Below are positions 32,258 to 40,851 of a DNA stretch of 58,857 nt, piece by piece. Below the pieces are notes generated by a model. It worked only from the letters and a program-made list of their open reading frames with translations. It had not been told where the DNA came from and searched no databases. This stretch comes from a virus. Position 1 is the stretch's first letter, and each line of letters starts with the position of its first letter. The stretch covers positions 1 to 58,857 of IMG/VR virus record IMGVR_UViG_3300045988_042242. One strand, written 5' to 3'. The position numbers were made by a program, and so were the translations under genes.

Positions 32258-32664
32258 ATTGCGGTGAATTTTGTTGCGCATGATGCGCGATTTTGACCGC
32301 GCAACAAAAACGCACCGCAAAGATAGCATATATTTAGCACATTTGCGCACACTTTTGGAAAATAAAGAAACCGCAACATAAATGTTTCAGTCTGTGATAC
32401 TGTGCATTTATGTTGCGGTCGTATGTCGTGTGAGTGCGTTACCTGAAAACTTCGTCTTTCGCCTTAAAATTCACTGGTAAAATGCTATATTCTTCATTTA
32501 TTTTGTTGATATTCTGCAATTTGTGCCGCTGTTCAAGTTGCTTGCGCAACAAAAACGCACCATTTTATGCAAAAATACCGTCCGAAGTGCCGTAAAGGCC
32601 ACCCCGGACGGCTTCAACGCAATGATGACTGAAATAATCATCATCTGTGCAAAGGTAGTCATTT
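32258..32664. other. Non-coding attP-candidate region
   Basis: 407-bp gap next to int. It has an 18-bp direct repeat gcgcaacaaaaacgcacc (32299..32316 and 32544..32561), a 14-bp inverted repeat ccgcaacataaatg / catttatgttgcgg (about 32372..32419), and a minus-strand -7 box TATCTTTG (plus-strand caaagata at 32319..32326). Confidence 0.45.
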
Positions 32665-33267
32665 TTAGTCAGACTGCCAACGTCTTCGCTTTTCAATCGC
32701 ACGAAAAATGAAAAAAATAATGATTACTGCGATGATTGTGCAACAAACGACACCGAACAAATAGAAGAAACCGTGCTGTGGCTTGTCCTCTGTCTTCGAC
32801 TTCGTTTGCGTATCTTCAGAAGTCTGTTCTGATATGTTGGTCTGTGTCTGTGTGTCTTCTGTCTTTTCTTCGTTCACGGTTGTCTGCTTCGTCTTGTCAT
32901 TATCAATCGTGACACTACCTGTTGTGACAGACTTGATATTTCGACCTGCCGGCACGTTGGGAGGTTCTGTCAGTTCACGGTCGCGCTGCTTCACTGTGTC
33001 GCTCTGCACGTCTGCGCCGGTTCTGATGTATTCAGTGCCGTCACTGTATTCTATCTTCTGAAACTCAATGACCGCTTTTGAGTAGTCTGTTTCTGATGTC
33101 GTGACATTCGCAACGTCAGACGTGCTTGACTGCTTCTGCGTGTCAGTATTCACAGAAGATGTGATTTGCTGCTGTGACGTTTCGTTTGCGATTTTGCGCG
33201 TAGTGCTGCACGCTGCAAACAGAAATGCAAACAGAACTGCAAACAAGATTTTGATTGTTGTTTTCAT
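32665..33267 (-). CDS. Candidate unimolecular spanin (N-terminal lipoprotein signal plus C-terminal TM anchor)
   Basis: MKTTIKILFAVLFAFLFAAC lipobox, a Thr/Gln/Ser-rich middle, a C-terminal TMD FFYLFGVVCCTIIAVIIIFFIF, then RAIEKRRR. Its start overlaps the amidase stop (TAATG). Confidence 0.5.
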   Translation of the reverse strand: MKTTIKILFAVLFAFLFAACSTTRKIANETSQQQITSSVNTDTQKQSSTSDVANVTTSETDYSKAVIEFQKIEYSDGTEYIRTGADVQSDTVKQRDRELTEPPNVPAGRNIKSVTTGSVTIDNDKTKQTTVNEEKTEDTQTQTNISEQTSEDTQTKSKTEDKPQHGFFYLFGVVCCTIIAVIIIFFIFRAIEKRRRWQSD

Positions 33268-33917
33268 TATGACTGATTTTTGATGTAGTTGATGATGCCG
33301 TCAACGTGAAGTTGCGTAATGAGCTGCTTGCCCTCTTCTGATAGAAGAAATTCCATGTCTGCTTTGTTGTCGTAGAAAAGCGACTCTGTAAGAACTGCCG
33401 GACAGGATGTGTGAACGAGAACATAAAAACGCGCTTCATAATCAGGGTCACCGTCAGACCAATCTGCACGCATCGGCTTCTGCCGACTGTCATACGCGCC
33501 CTGTCCTTTCAGAACTGCGAAGCGTTCTTTGTATGGCTCAAGCACTGAATTTGCCGATTTCCACAGCGATGTTGCAAGTGCATCTGCTTTCGTTTGTCCC
33601 GGTGATGTATATACACACCAACCACCGGCTGACTTCCACTTGCCGTCACTACCGGCGGCATTACTGTGAATTGACACAAAGATGACATTGCGTGTGCCAA
33701 GTTTCTTGCACCATTCGTTTGTTCGTCTGCATCTTTCTTGCAGACTGATGTCGTTTTCTTCCGGCACGACAAGTTCTGCATCGTAGCCTTTTGATTTCAG
33801 CGATGCCAGGATGAGCCGAGCGACTTCACGGTTCCACTTATATTCAATAAGCGACTTGTCAGGACTTTTCTTGCCGTTCGTGTCGTAACCATGACCGTTG
33901 TCAATTAAAATTTTCAT
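33267..33917 (-). CDS. N-acetylmuramoyl-L-alanine amidase (endolysin, Amidase_3-like)
   Basis: MKILIDNGHGYDTNGKKSPD and VSIHSNAAG motifs. 216 aa, in the lysis cassette. Confidence 0.8.
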   Translation of the reverse strand: MKILIDNGHGYDTNGKKSPDKSLIEYKWNREVARLILASLKSKGYDAELVVPEENDISLQERCRRTNEWCKKLGTRNVIFVSIHSNAAGSDGKWKSAGGWCVYTSPGQTKADALATSLWKSANSVLEPYKERFAVLKGQGAYDSRQKPMRADWSDGDPDYEARFYVLVHTSCPAVLTESLFYDNKADMEFLLSEEGKQLITQLHVDGIINYIKNQS

Positions 33918-33920
33918 AAA

Positions 33921-34526
33921 TTATTTGTTAAGTCGATGATAAAAATCTGTCTTGATGTTGTCGTATGCCAACTTTACGTTGGTAAATGCTCGACCATTGT
34001 TTTCTCCGTCTTCGTGATAAATTTCGTTTTCAACAACGGCTGCAACCTGTTCAACCCATTCTTTATTGCAGTATGCGGACAGACGCTCGCCGCGATACGT
34101 GAATGTATCGAAACGGCTGTTTCTGTCTTCATGCAATACTTTTAAGGACTTGCGAATTTTCTCTGCTGTTGCTGTCTTGTCTGCGATGTGATTTTCTTTT
34201 CGTACCTTTTTGATAAGTCGGCACACTTGCTCAACAGACAGGTCAAAAGCGAAACCTGTCAGATTTCTGATGCGCAACTGAGTTTCAGGTCGAAGTCCTT
34301 CCGCGAGGTCATTTAACAGTTCATTTTGCTTTCTTGTTTCAGCAAGGACACCTTGAAGATTTTCTTTGTTGTCAACGATTATCTGTGTGATGATTGATTT
34401 GAACCACTTGAAAATGGCTATCATCATAGAAGCCGACAGCAACAAATAAATTGCTGCCATAATAGCAAGCGCACCATAATCGCTGATGCCTTTCGCTACT
34501 TCTGTCACTTGCGAAACGTCATTCAT
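33921..34526 (-). CDS. Membrane-anchored protein of the lysis cassette (N-terminal TMD; holin or i-spanin-like)
   Basis: Start refined to MNDVSQV... (ATGA overlap with the upstream stop). One TM helix YGALAIMAAIYLLLSASMMIAIFKWF, followed by a helical soluble domain. Confidence 0.35.
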   Translation of the reverse strand: MNDVSQVTEVAKGISDYGALAIMAAIYLLLSASMMIAIFKWFKSIITQIIVDNKENLQGVLAETRKQNELLNDLAEGLRPETQLRIRNLTGFAFDLSVEQVCRLIKKVRKENHIADKTATAEKIRKSLKVLHEDRNSRFDTFTYRGERLSAYCNKEWVEQVAAVVENEIYHEDGENNGRAFTNVKLAYDNIKTDFYHRLNK

Positions 34527-34756
34527 AGACCTGCACGAATTAAGCGTCCGACAATAACGCCGCCGAGTGTCAGCGACCAATCTACCCAATCAAACTTGCC
34601 GCCCCACAGTTTGTCTTTCAGTTCAAGTGATGAAGCGACACCGATGCCGGCAAGTGCGGCACAGTAGTTGTCATCAGACAGCAAACCGATGACTACACCG
34701 CCACCGATATGTGTAAGTCTGTGACTTTCTTTTAGCCAAGAAATAATATTTTTCAT
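34523..34756 (-). CDS. Small membrane protein, putative holin
   Basis: 77 aa with Gly-rich hydrophobic segments (HIGGGVVIGLL, AALAGIGVASSL, LTLGGVIVGRLI). It is the first gene after a dedicated promoter. Confidence 0.4.
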   Translation of the reverse strand: MKNIISWLKESHRLTHIGGGVVIGLLSDDNYCAALAGIGVASSLELKDKLWGGKFDWVDWSLTLGGVIVGRLIRAGL

Positions 34757-34778
34757 ACGTTGTTATTTTTGTCTGTTG

Positions 34779-34786
34779 CAAAGTTA
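34779..34786 (-). promoter_or_regulatory. -7 promoter box TAACTTTG (minus strand) for the lysis cassette
   Basis: Plus-strand caaagtta lies about 23 nt upstream of the ATG at 34756. Confidence 0.45.
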
Positions 34787-34790
34787 CTAA

Positions 34791-34813
34791 AATAGTGTTT
34801 ATTAAACACTATT
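34791..34813 (-). terminator. Hairpin ending the tail operon
   Basis: aatagtgtt-tattaa-aacactatt, overlapping the stop at 34809. Confidence 0.5.
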
Positions 34814-35270
34814 CAAGGGTCAAAATTTGAACTTCAAGCTGATTTATTTGTTGTCGTAAGGCTTGACGTTCAGTGTGAAGTGCCGTTATGTCGTATGGCA
34901 GTTCTTGACCGACAAGCGATGCTTCATAACATTTTATAACCTTGTAGTCTGATGAAGTCAGGCTGTCTTTCAATCGCTGAATTTCGTTGCGCTTCTTTTG
35001 CACATCATAGACACGTTCATATCTGTATTTGATACATTCACCGTCATCATACGGCACAAGTCTAATTATGTAGCCGTTATCAGTTTTTAGTTTACTGTTG
35101 TCAATCGGTTCAACAGGTTTCCACCCGGCTTTTGTCAACGCACTGATTTGTTCTTCTTCTGTCACAATTCGCGTCTTGACAACTTTGCCGTCAAGATACT
35201 GTTCTTGATGTTTTTCTATGATGCGGCTATGAAGATAGCCACCTTCATTTATATATCCGTATTCTTTCAT
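34809..35270 (-). CDS. Hypothetical tail-module protein (153 aa) with a C-terminal coiled coil
   Basis: Start refined to MKEYGYINEGG.... It is the last gene of the tail operon. Confidence 0.45.
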   Translation of the reverse strand: MKEYGYINEGGYLHSRIIEKHQEQYLDGKVVKTRIVTEEEQISALTKAGWKPVEPIDNSKLKTDNGYIIRLVPYDDGECIKYRYERVYDVQKKRNEIQRLKDSLTSSDYKVIKCYEASLVGQELPYDITALHTERQALRQQINQLEVQILTLE

Positions 35271-35281
35271 GCTGCTTCTGT

Positions 35282-38200
35282 TTAGAATTTCCAACGGCTG
35301 ACACTCCACGCTTCAACTCTTTTGCCATTAAGATTGAAGACTGTGAATGTGAATTTTGCTTCTTGACCTTCATATACGTCATAATAATTATTTTCTGTAA
35401 TATCATCAAAAATTTTCTGACCTGACTTCGGATAAAAACGCATCGCGCCTTGTCCTATCTGTTTCGCAAAAATCACTTTACCCTCATAGCCGTCTGTTGG
35501 CAGATACACCGTGCCTGTTTTGTCTTTGTTCGTCAGGCCGACAGCCTGTGTGTCTGTTGTTCCTAAATTGACGGCAGTTGTCGCGGCACTGTCTGTTATG
35601 TATTTCTGCTTCAAGATAAGACCGGCTGCGCACAAGTCCATGAAATAACCACCGTATGCAGGAGCGTTTCCTGAATTGTCAGCACGACCATACACTCCTG
35701 CGACAAGTGTCGTTTCTTTTTCAAACTCCCATTCGTAGCTGACATTATCGCCGAAGCCAAGACCAACTATTGAGCCATAATGTGTGTAACCACTTGAAGA
35801 CGGCATTGCATTTGTCTTTGGATTATTGCAAAAGATGCCGCTTGCAGACAGATATGCAACGCCATTGTCATTGCGCGTTTCAACGACACCTCTTTGTGCA
35901 TCAATATCAATGACCGACGACTTGCTGATGTCAAGTGAATAGTCACCACCTGTGTTTGTTGACACCAACTTTATGTGTCCTGTCTTGCCGTCAAGCAAAA
36001 GCGCATATTGATTACCGCTCATCATCGTTGAGCGAATACGTTCATCAGAGAAGTAGAAGCCAGCAATCAATGCTTCACCAAGAACTTTCAGTGCTTCTTT
36101 GATTTTTGCATTGTTCAGAATGAGAGTTTCTTTTTCTTCATTGTTAAAGTCAAGCGAACTGCCTAACTTGAAAGAATTTTCAATCAAGTCAAGAAAACTG
36201 TTGCCGTCAGACGAAACAATTCTTTCAGTTGTGATGCGTCCAGGCAAGATTTCAGTGAAGCCGTGCATCGCGACAAAACTGCGTTCTCCGTCAATTTCAG
36301 CGTTCAGCAAGCCGACAAGGAAGTGATAATGATTTGCCACTTCATCGAGTTTAATTGATGTCTGCGACAGTACAAATACACCCTTTGAATTGGTGTCTTT
36401 CGGACACTTTGCATACAGATAGTATTTTGCAGAAGTATCAGTCAACACTGGTGAAGTGTAACTTTCCATGCTCCATGTCAGATAGCCTTGCGCATCGTTG
36501 CGGTCTTTCGTTGTGATAGCGTTATGCCCGATTGTCAAGTGCTGAAGATATATCGCCAAGCCGCCTGATGTCATTGTGCTAATAAGTTGCTTCTTTTCGT
36601 TATCCCAACTGACAGGCGTTGCACGGCGCAACCAATTATCGCCTGACTTGCTGACAAATTGGAACTGAAGACTTTCGTCACCAATCAGCAAAGACATTGC
36701 TTGCACTGCGATAGGTGATATTGCATTGGTAAACATATCGAGTTGCGCATCTTCAAGCATTTCGATAGTTTCCTTTGCATCGCGAAAGCGGCGTTTCGTG
36801 AACTGCAAGATGTCGCGCTTCGTGTCATCAATCACAACTTCAGTGTTCGTGATTTGCCGTATCTGCGAAGACACAGAAGAACCGCCAGACACGCTGTTTG
36901 ACAGTTCGATTGTCGGTGAATACGGCGATGTCAGAAAGTCTTTGATGCCGACAATGCGAATGACAACACCGTATTTTGCAAACTGCTCGTCTTGAAACAG
37001 AACGTGACCGCCGACAACGAGTTTGCCGCCGACTTCAAGCCAATGCCGTTTTGCCCACAGTGATTGCAGACTGCCGGTGAACGTGAAGCGTTGGTCTTCA
37101 CACTCATAAAGTGCCTTGACTGCTGCACGCATCATGTCCCATGAGCCGCCCGACTTGTTCGTGTTGTTGCAGATGTATTCATCAGGTAACTGTATGCCGA
37201 AGATTGCATACGTCTGTTCTTTGACAGGACACCACGTTTTATCAGGCATTATCACGCCGTCAATTTCTTGCGGCACGATTTCAAACTTTCGCTGTTCGTG
37301 CTTATAATGCACATCAAATTCCTTCCCGGCAAGCATACCGTCTTGGAAGATGATTGTCATCGTTTCCCCTGCAATCAGATAGTTATTGTAGTTCAGATTG
37401 TCGGGAATAGTGCTGTCAATGATGTTGTAGAAGTTCTTTGCTTCGTTTTCAACTTCGACAGCCGTCACTTCGCCGACATGTGACGGATAGATTTCACTGC
37501 AATCAATGCTGTCTTCTTTGACTGCATCAGAAACCTTGTCGATGCGTTCTACACCGTCACCGTCTGCGTTGCTCTTGTATGTGCGTGCAATCGCGCTGTT
37601 AAAGCCGTCTTCGTCTTCAAAATGGGTGCCGTCATAGCGTATCGTCTGCGACTTCGGCAATAGAAGTTCAGGCGAACCGTACTTTTCACGGTCGATGTTT
37701 CGGTCACTTCCCTGCACAAGCATACGTTTCACAGGCACGCCGTCTGCTTCAGACGTGCGCCCGACACCGGGAATGAAACCGTTGCCGACACCGTAAGACA
37801 GTGCGACAGGTTCTGTCTTGAAGTATTCCACGCGGCGAAGATGTATCTTTGCGCGTGTCGTGCCGATGTATTCGACTTCGTATTCAGTCTGAAACACATT
37901 GCAGATGTCAGTAAGACCGGCATCTATGAATGTGTGATTAAATTCGACTGTCTTTTCTGATGCTTCGATACATTCGCCACGTTCCCAAGTGACAGAAGTG
38001 TCCTTTTTGTTCAAGTTGCGAACAATCAGGTCTATAAATTCGTGTGGCTTCGCACACAGCGAGAACTTCAGACGGTTGTCTTTCGGTGCGCCCTCTTTCA
38101 GTGGGTCAACCACGTTTCTGATTTTCCACACACCGAAAAAGTCTTCATTTGTGCCGAGCGTCATTGTGTATTCAATCTTGCGTGTGCCTTGCTTCTTCAA

Positions 38201-38488
38201 GTCCTGCGCACGTGTCAAGATGAAACGCTGATTTTGGAAGATGCACGATGTGCCGACAGGAAATTCAAAGTAAAACGGCAGATTGAACTTCAGCACAAGT
38301 TGCGGCTTCTGCATCAGTGCGCGGTATCTGTAACTGCTATCTTCCGGCTGAACTTGAATATCGACACGCCACACAGTGCCGACACCAGGCTGATACACGC
38401 TTTGCTGCGTGACGTTTTCACGCCACTGTTCAGCAATCGCGGTACTGATGTCGAGTTTCGTTTTGGAATAGTACGTCAGTGTTATCAT
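35282..38488 (-). CDS. Large tail tip / Tal-like protein (1,068 aa)
   Basis: Size and position in the tail module fit. The N-terminal MITLTYYSK...QNQRFILTR region resembles siphovirus tail-associated (prophage tail endopeptidase-type) N-domains from memory. Confidence 0.5.
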   Translation of the reverse strand: MITLTYYSKTKLDISTAIAEQWRENVTQQSVYQPGVGTVWRVDIQVQPEDSSYRYRALMQKPQLVLKFNLPFYFEFPVGTSCIFQNQRFILTRAQDLKKQGTRKIEYTMTLGTNEDFFGVWKIRNVVDPLKEGAPKDNRLKFSLCAKPHEFIDLIVRNLNKKDTSVTWERGECIEASEKTVEFNHTFIDAGLTDICNVFQTEYEVEYIGTTRAKIHLRRVEYFKTEPVALSYGVGNGFIPGVGRTSEADGVPVKRMLVQGSDRNIDREKYGSPELLLPKSQTIRYDGTHFEDEDGFNSAIARTYKSNADGDGVERIDKVSDAVKEDSIDCSEIYPSHVGEVTAVEVENEAKNFYNIIDSTIPDNLNYNNYLIAGETMTIIFQDGMLAGKEFDVHYKHEQRKFEIVPQEIDGVIMPDKTWCPVKEQTYAIFGIQLPDEYICNNTNKSGGSWDMMRAAVKALYECEDQRFTFTGSLQSLWAKRHWLEVGGKLVVGGHVLFQDEQFAKYGVVIRIVGIKDFLTSPYSPTIELSNSVSGGSSVSSQIRQITNTEVVIDDTKRDILQFTKRRFRDAKETIEMLEDAQLDMFTNAISPIAVQAMSLLIGDESLQFQFVSKSGDNWLRRATPVSWDNEKKQLISTMTSGGLAIYLQHLTIGHNAITTKDRNDAQGYLTWSMESYTSPVLTDTSAKYYLYAKCPKDTNSKGVFVLSQTSIKLDEVANHYHFLVGLLNAEIDGERSFVAMHGFTEILPGRITTERIVSSDGNSFLDLIENSFKLGSSLDFNNEEKETLILNNAKIKEALKVLGEALIAGFYFSDERIRSTMMSGNQYALLLDGKTGHIKLVSTNTGGDYSLDISKSSVIDIDAQRGVVETRNDNGVAYLSASGIFCNNPKTNAMPSSSGYTHYGSIVGLGFGDNVSYEWEFEKETTLVAGVYGRADNSGNAPAYGGYFMDLCAAGLILKQKYITDSAATTAVNLGTTDTQAVGLTNKDKTGTVYLPTDGYEGKVIFAKQIGQGAMRFYPKSGQKIFDDITENNYYDVYEGQEAKFTFTVFNLNGKRVEAWSVSRWKF

Positions 38489-38991
38489 CAGTCTTCAGTT
38501 TCAAAGATTGAATAATCAAGGTCTTTCTTCTTCCACCCATCGTTGAGTGTTTCGATGACAAATGCCGTGGCTTTCGTTACAAAGTCTGCAAGCGGTTCAA
38601 ACTTCGTGAACGTGTGATATATCGGGTTCGCATCAGCATCTTCACCGAGTTTGAACTTGACAGGCAGTGTCGCTCCGTTCGTATCTCGTGCGAAGTCGTA
38701 TGCTGCTTTGAAGTTCTGCTGATTTTCGGTTGACAGATAGACCGGCTTGCCGTTCCAAGTGAAGCCTGTCAGTATCTTCGCGTCTGTTTCAGCGTTAATC
38801 AGGTCGCTGATGTCTTGCTTGATTTCGCGCACCGTAGGCTTGTGGTCGTAGTATTTGCGCCATGTGTATTTGTTGCCGTCTGCATCGGTTTCAAGACCGA
38901 AGATAAGCAAGTAGTTCGATGATGACAGACACACAAGTTTGTCTGCGCGTTCTGTTGCGCCATTGCATCGGAAAAATTCTGTTTTTGCCAT
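38488..38991 (-). CDS. DUF4376-like tail-fibre-associated protein (tentative)
   Basis: 167 aa. The pattern ILTGFTWNGKPVYLSTENQQNFKAAYDFA is recalled from DUF4376. It lies downstream of the RT. Confidence 0.4.
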   Translation of the reverse strand: MAKTEFFRCNGATERADKLVCLSSSNYLLIFGLETDADGNKYTWRKYYDHKPTVREIKQDISDLINAETDAKILTGFTWNGKPVYLSTENQQNFKAAYDFARDTNGATLPVKFKLGEDADANPIYHTFTKFEPLADFVTKATAFVIETLNDGWKKKDLDYSIFETED

Positions 38992-39021
38992 GATGTTGAT
39001 ATTTGAGAGTGAATGAATTTC

Positions 39022-40383
39022 TTAATCATCGAAGTAGTAGCGTGTGCCACCACCGCCTTGAAACGGTTCACTTCGTATTGTTACAGCGATTGAAGTCGTG
39101 TCGAGTGTTCCGCGCATAGCATCAAGCATCGTCTTCATTTCATCGCTGTTTGTGAAGAACTTCGACATTTGACCTGTATTCAACTTTCTGAACGAAACAA
39201 GATAACGACCGTCACCTTGCTTTGTCTTCACATCACGTTCAAAGTCTATCAGTTCAATCGGTACGTTTACGATTGAACTGATGCGCACACACTCGCCGTT
39301 GAAGCGTTTCTTTCCGTCTTTAGGCGTATATGTCAGATTTAAATCACTGAATTTAATCATTTCTTGTTTTGTTAAAATTTTCTTTAATAGATGTTTGCAG
39401 TCTGCGTGTTTCGCCATGCCGTACAGTGAGCCGACAATTTCAACCCTGCGCTTTCTGCTTTTCACTTTCGCGAGTTTACGACAGAAGTTCTTCTTGACAC
39501 GCTTGCGCAAAAGCGTATGTGTCGTGAATATCTGATAACCGAGAAAGTCAAGACCTGTTTCGATAGGGAAAACACGCTCATTCTTCTTGATTGTCTGACC
39601 GATGCTTTCGATATGTTCATGCACTTCGTCACGCACAAGCCACAGAAAGCGTTTGTCTGATGCGCCCACGACAATATCGTCCATGTAGCGATAGAAGTGC
39701 CGCACACCGTATCTGTCTTTCATAAAGTGGTCAAGATGAACCGACAGAAGAAGATTGACAAGACCTTGTGAAGACCGCATACCCATACTCATGCGCTCGC
39801 CGTCCGGCATCGTTGCAAGAAAGTCGGCAAGTATCGCGATAAGTCGCTTGTCTTTGAATACACGGTTGAGCGCGTACAACACAAATTCATGCTTCACTGT
39901 GTCGTAGCACTTCTTTATGTCACATTTATACCAATACAGTATTGATGTGTCTTGCATCATGTCACGTCTGATGTACTGCATCAGGTCGTGCATTCCGCGC
40001 TTTTTGATTGATGCTGAAGTAGTGCGTATATAACGAGGGCGAAGATGCTTGTCAACAGGTCGCATTACAGCATTGATTTTGATGCGTGCTGCCATGCAAT
40101 ACACCTGAAGAAGACGTTTCTTCCCTGCTTCACAGATTTCTTTTTCGTGATAGCCACCGGTGCGCAATTCTTCTTCGGTCGGTGCGCGATGTACAGGCAT
40201 CAGTGAAATTTTCCCTGACACGATTTCTTCGCGCACTGACTTCAGAAATTCTTCGCGATGTTCAAGAAGCCATTTACCTTCAGGCAAACTTTTTCGGAGC
40301 GTTCCTCTGACTACATCGTCAAACGACTCTTCAAGATTTGTCTGTTCAATGATTTCTTCTATTATGTAACCGTCACGTTTCAT
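39022..40383 (-). CDS. DGR-type reverse transcriptase
   Basis: 453 aa. RT motifs YKCDIKKCYDTV (3), MGMRSSQGLVNLLL (4, with the DGR-typical SQ), YRYMDDIVV (5, YxDD) and LDFLGYQIF (7). It is adjacent to the TR/VR pair. Confidence 0.9.
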   Translation of the reverse strand: MKRDGYIIEEIIEQTNLEESFDDVVRGTLRKSLPEGKWLLEHREEFLKSVREEIVSGKISLMPVHRAPTEEELRTGGYHEKEICEAGKKRLLQVYCMAARIKINAVMRPVDKHLRPRYIRTTSASIKKRGMHDLMQYIRRDMMQDTSILYWYKCDIKKCYDTVKHEFVLYALNRVFKDKRLIAILADFLATMPDGERMSMGMRSSQGLVNLLLSVHLDHFMKDRYGVRHFYRYMDDIVVGASDKRFLWLVRDEVHEHIESIGQTIKKNERVFPIETGLDFLGYQIFTTHTLLRKRVKKNFCRKLAKVKSRKRRVEIVGSLYGMAKHADCKHLLKKILTKQEMIKFSDLNLTYTPKDGKKRFNGECVRISSIVNVPIELIDFERDVKTKQGDGRYLVSFRKLNTGQMSKFFTNSDEMKTMLDAMRGTLDTTSIAVTIRSEPFQGGGGTRYYFDD

Positions 40384-40600
40384 GTGCTGTTGTTATATAT
40401 GCCTTCAGTTCTCCGGGTCTATGATGTTCGAGAATTAACCTACCAATCACTACCCAACCAACAACGTAATTTTTCAGTTTTCCACGACTGATGTGTCATG
40501 CTGTTACTGAGGCTCGGTTTCCTCGTTCACGGCTATGCGCCAGCGCGTGACGCTATGCCGGAGGAACGATTGATAATTGTTGTTGTATTCTGTTCTGTTT

Positions 40601-40714
40601 GCGAGCCGAGAGCCGTTATTCGTATTCGAGTTCGAGGATGCGTTGTTCGCGTTCGCATAGACGAGACCGCCATTCGCGTTGGCGTTGTTATTCGAGCGAC
40701 CAACGACACGGCAC
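40601..40714 (-). repeat. DGR template repeat (TR)
   Basis: The coding-strand reading CRVVGRSNNNANANGGLVYANANNASSNSNTNNGSRLA contains 12 AAY codons. It is 114 bp and matches VR1 and VR2 except almost exclusively at adenines. Weak homology extends to 40594. Confidence 0.9.
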
Positions 40715-40794
40715 GTTGGAAACCTCTACCTTTTTATTTCGTTCATTCAATTTCAAGTTTTCATTTCTGTCTTCATTTTGATTGATTTGAAAAA

Positions 40795-40842
40795 CGTGCG
40801 CGGTCGCTGACCGCAACGGGGGCGCGTCTTGCGCCGCGCACG
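40795..40842 (-). terminator. GC-rich hairpin downstream of VR1 (intrinsic terminator and/or DGR target-recognition structure)
   Basis: Perfect 9-bp outer stem cgtgcgcgg / ccgcgcacg with alternative inner GC hairpins. On the minus strand it is followed by TTTTT. Confidence 0.55.
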
Positions 40843-40851
40843 CTTTCCGTG

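Noticed and set aside
32523-32711. Plus-strand ORF in the attP region, including a 29-codon ORF preceded by the TCAACGCAATG leader.
   Set aside because: It is very short, hydrophobic and low-complexity, and it overlaps the spanin gene end and terminator-like palindromes. It is kept only as a motif occurrence, not called as a gene.
39022-40383. The RT might be a retron or group II intron RT.
   Set aside because: An adjacent TR with two adenine-specifically diverged VRs, the SQ-containing motif 4, and the lack of any intron RNA or maturase/endonuclease features all fit a DGR RT.
40498-40785. The plus-strand ORFs 40498..40785, 40849..41034 and 23647..23835 encode similar peptides (...EPRAVIR.R.RGCV.R.RIDET...), which suggests a small gene family.
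   Set aside because: They are antisense translations of the TR, VR1 and VR2 repeats. The similarity is a by-product of the DGR repeat, and the sense-strand reading fits the C-termini of real proteins.
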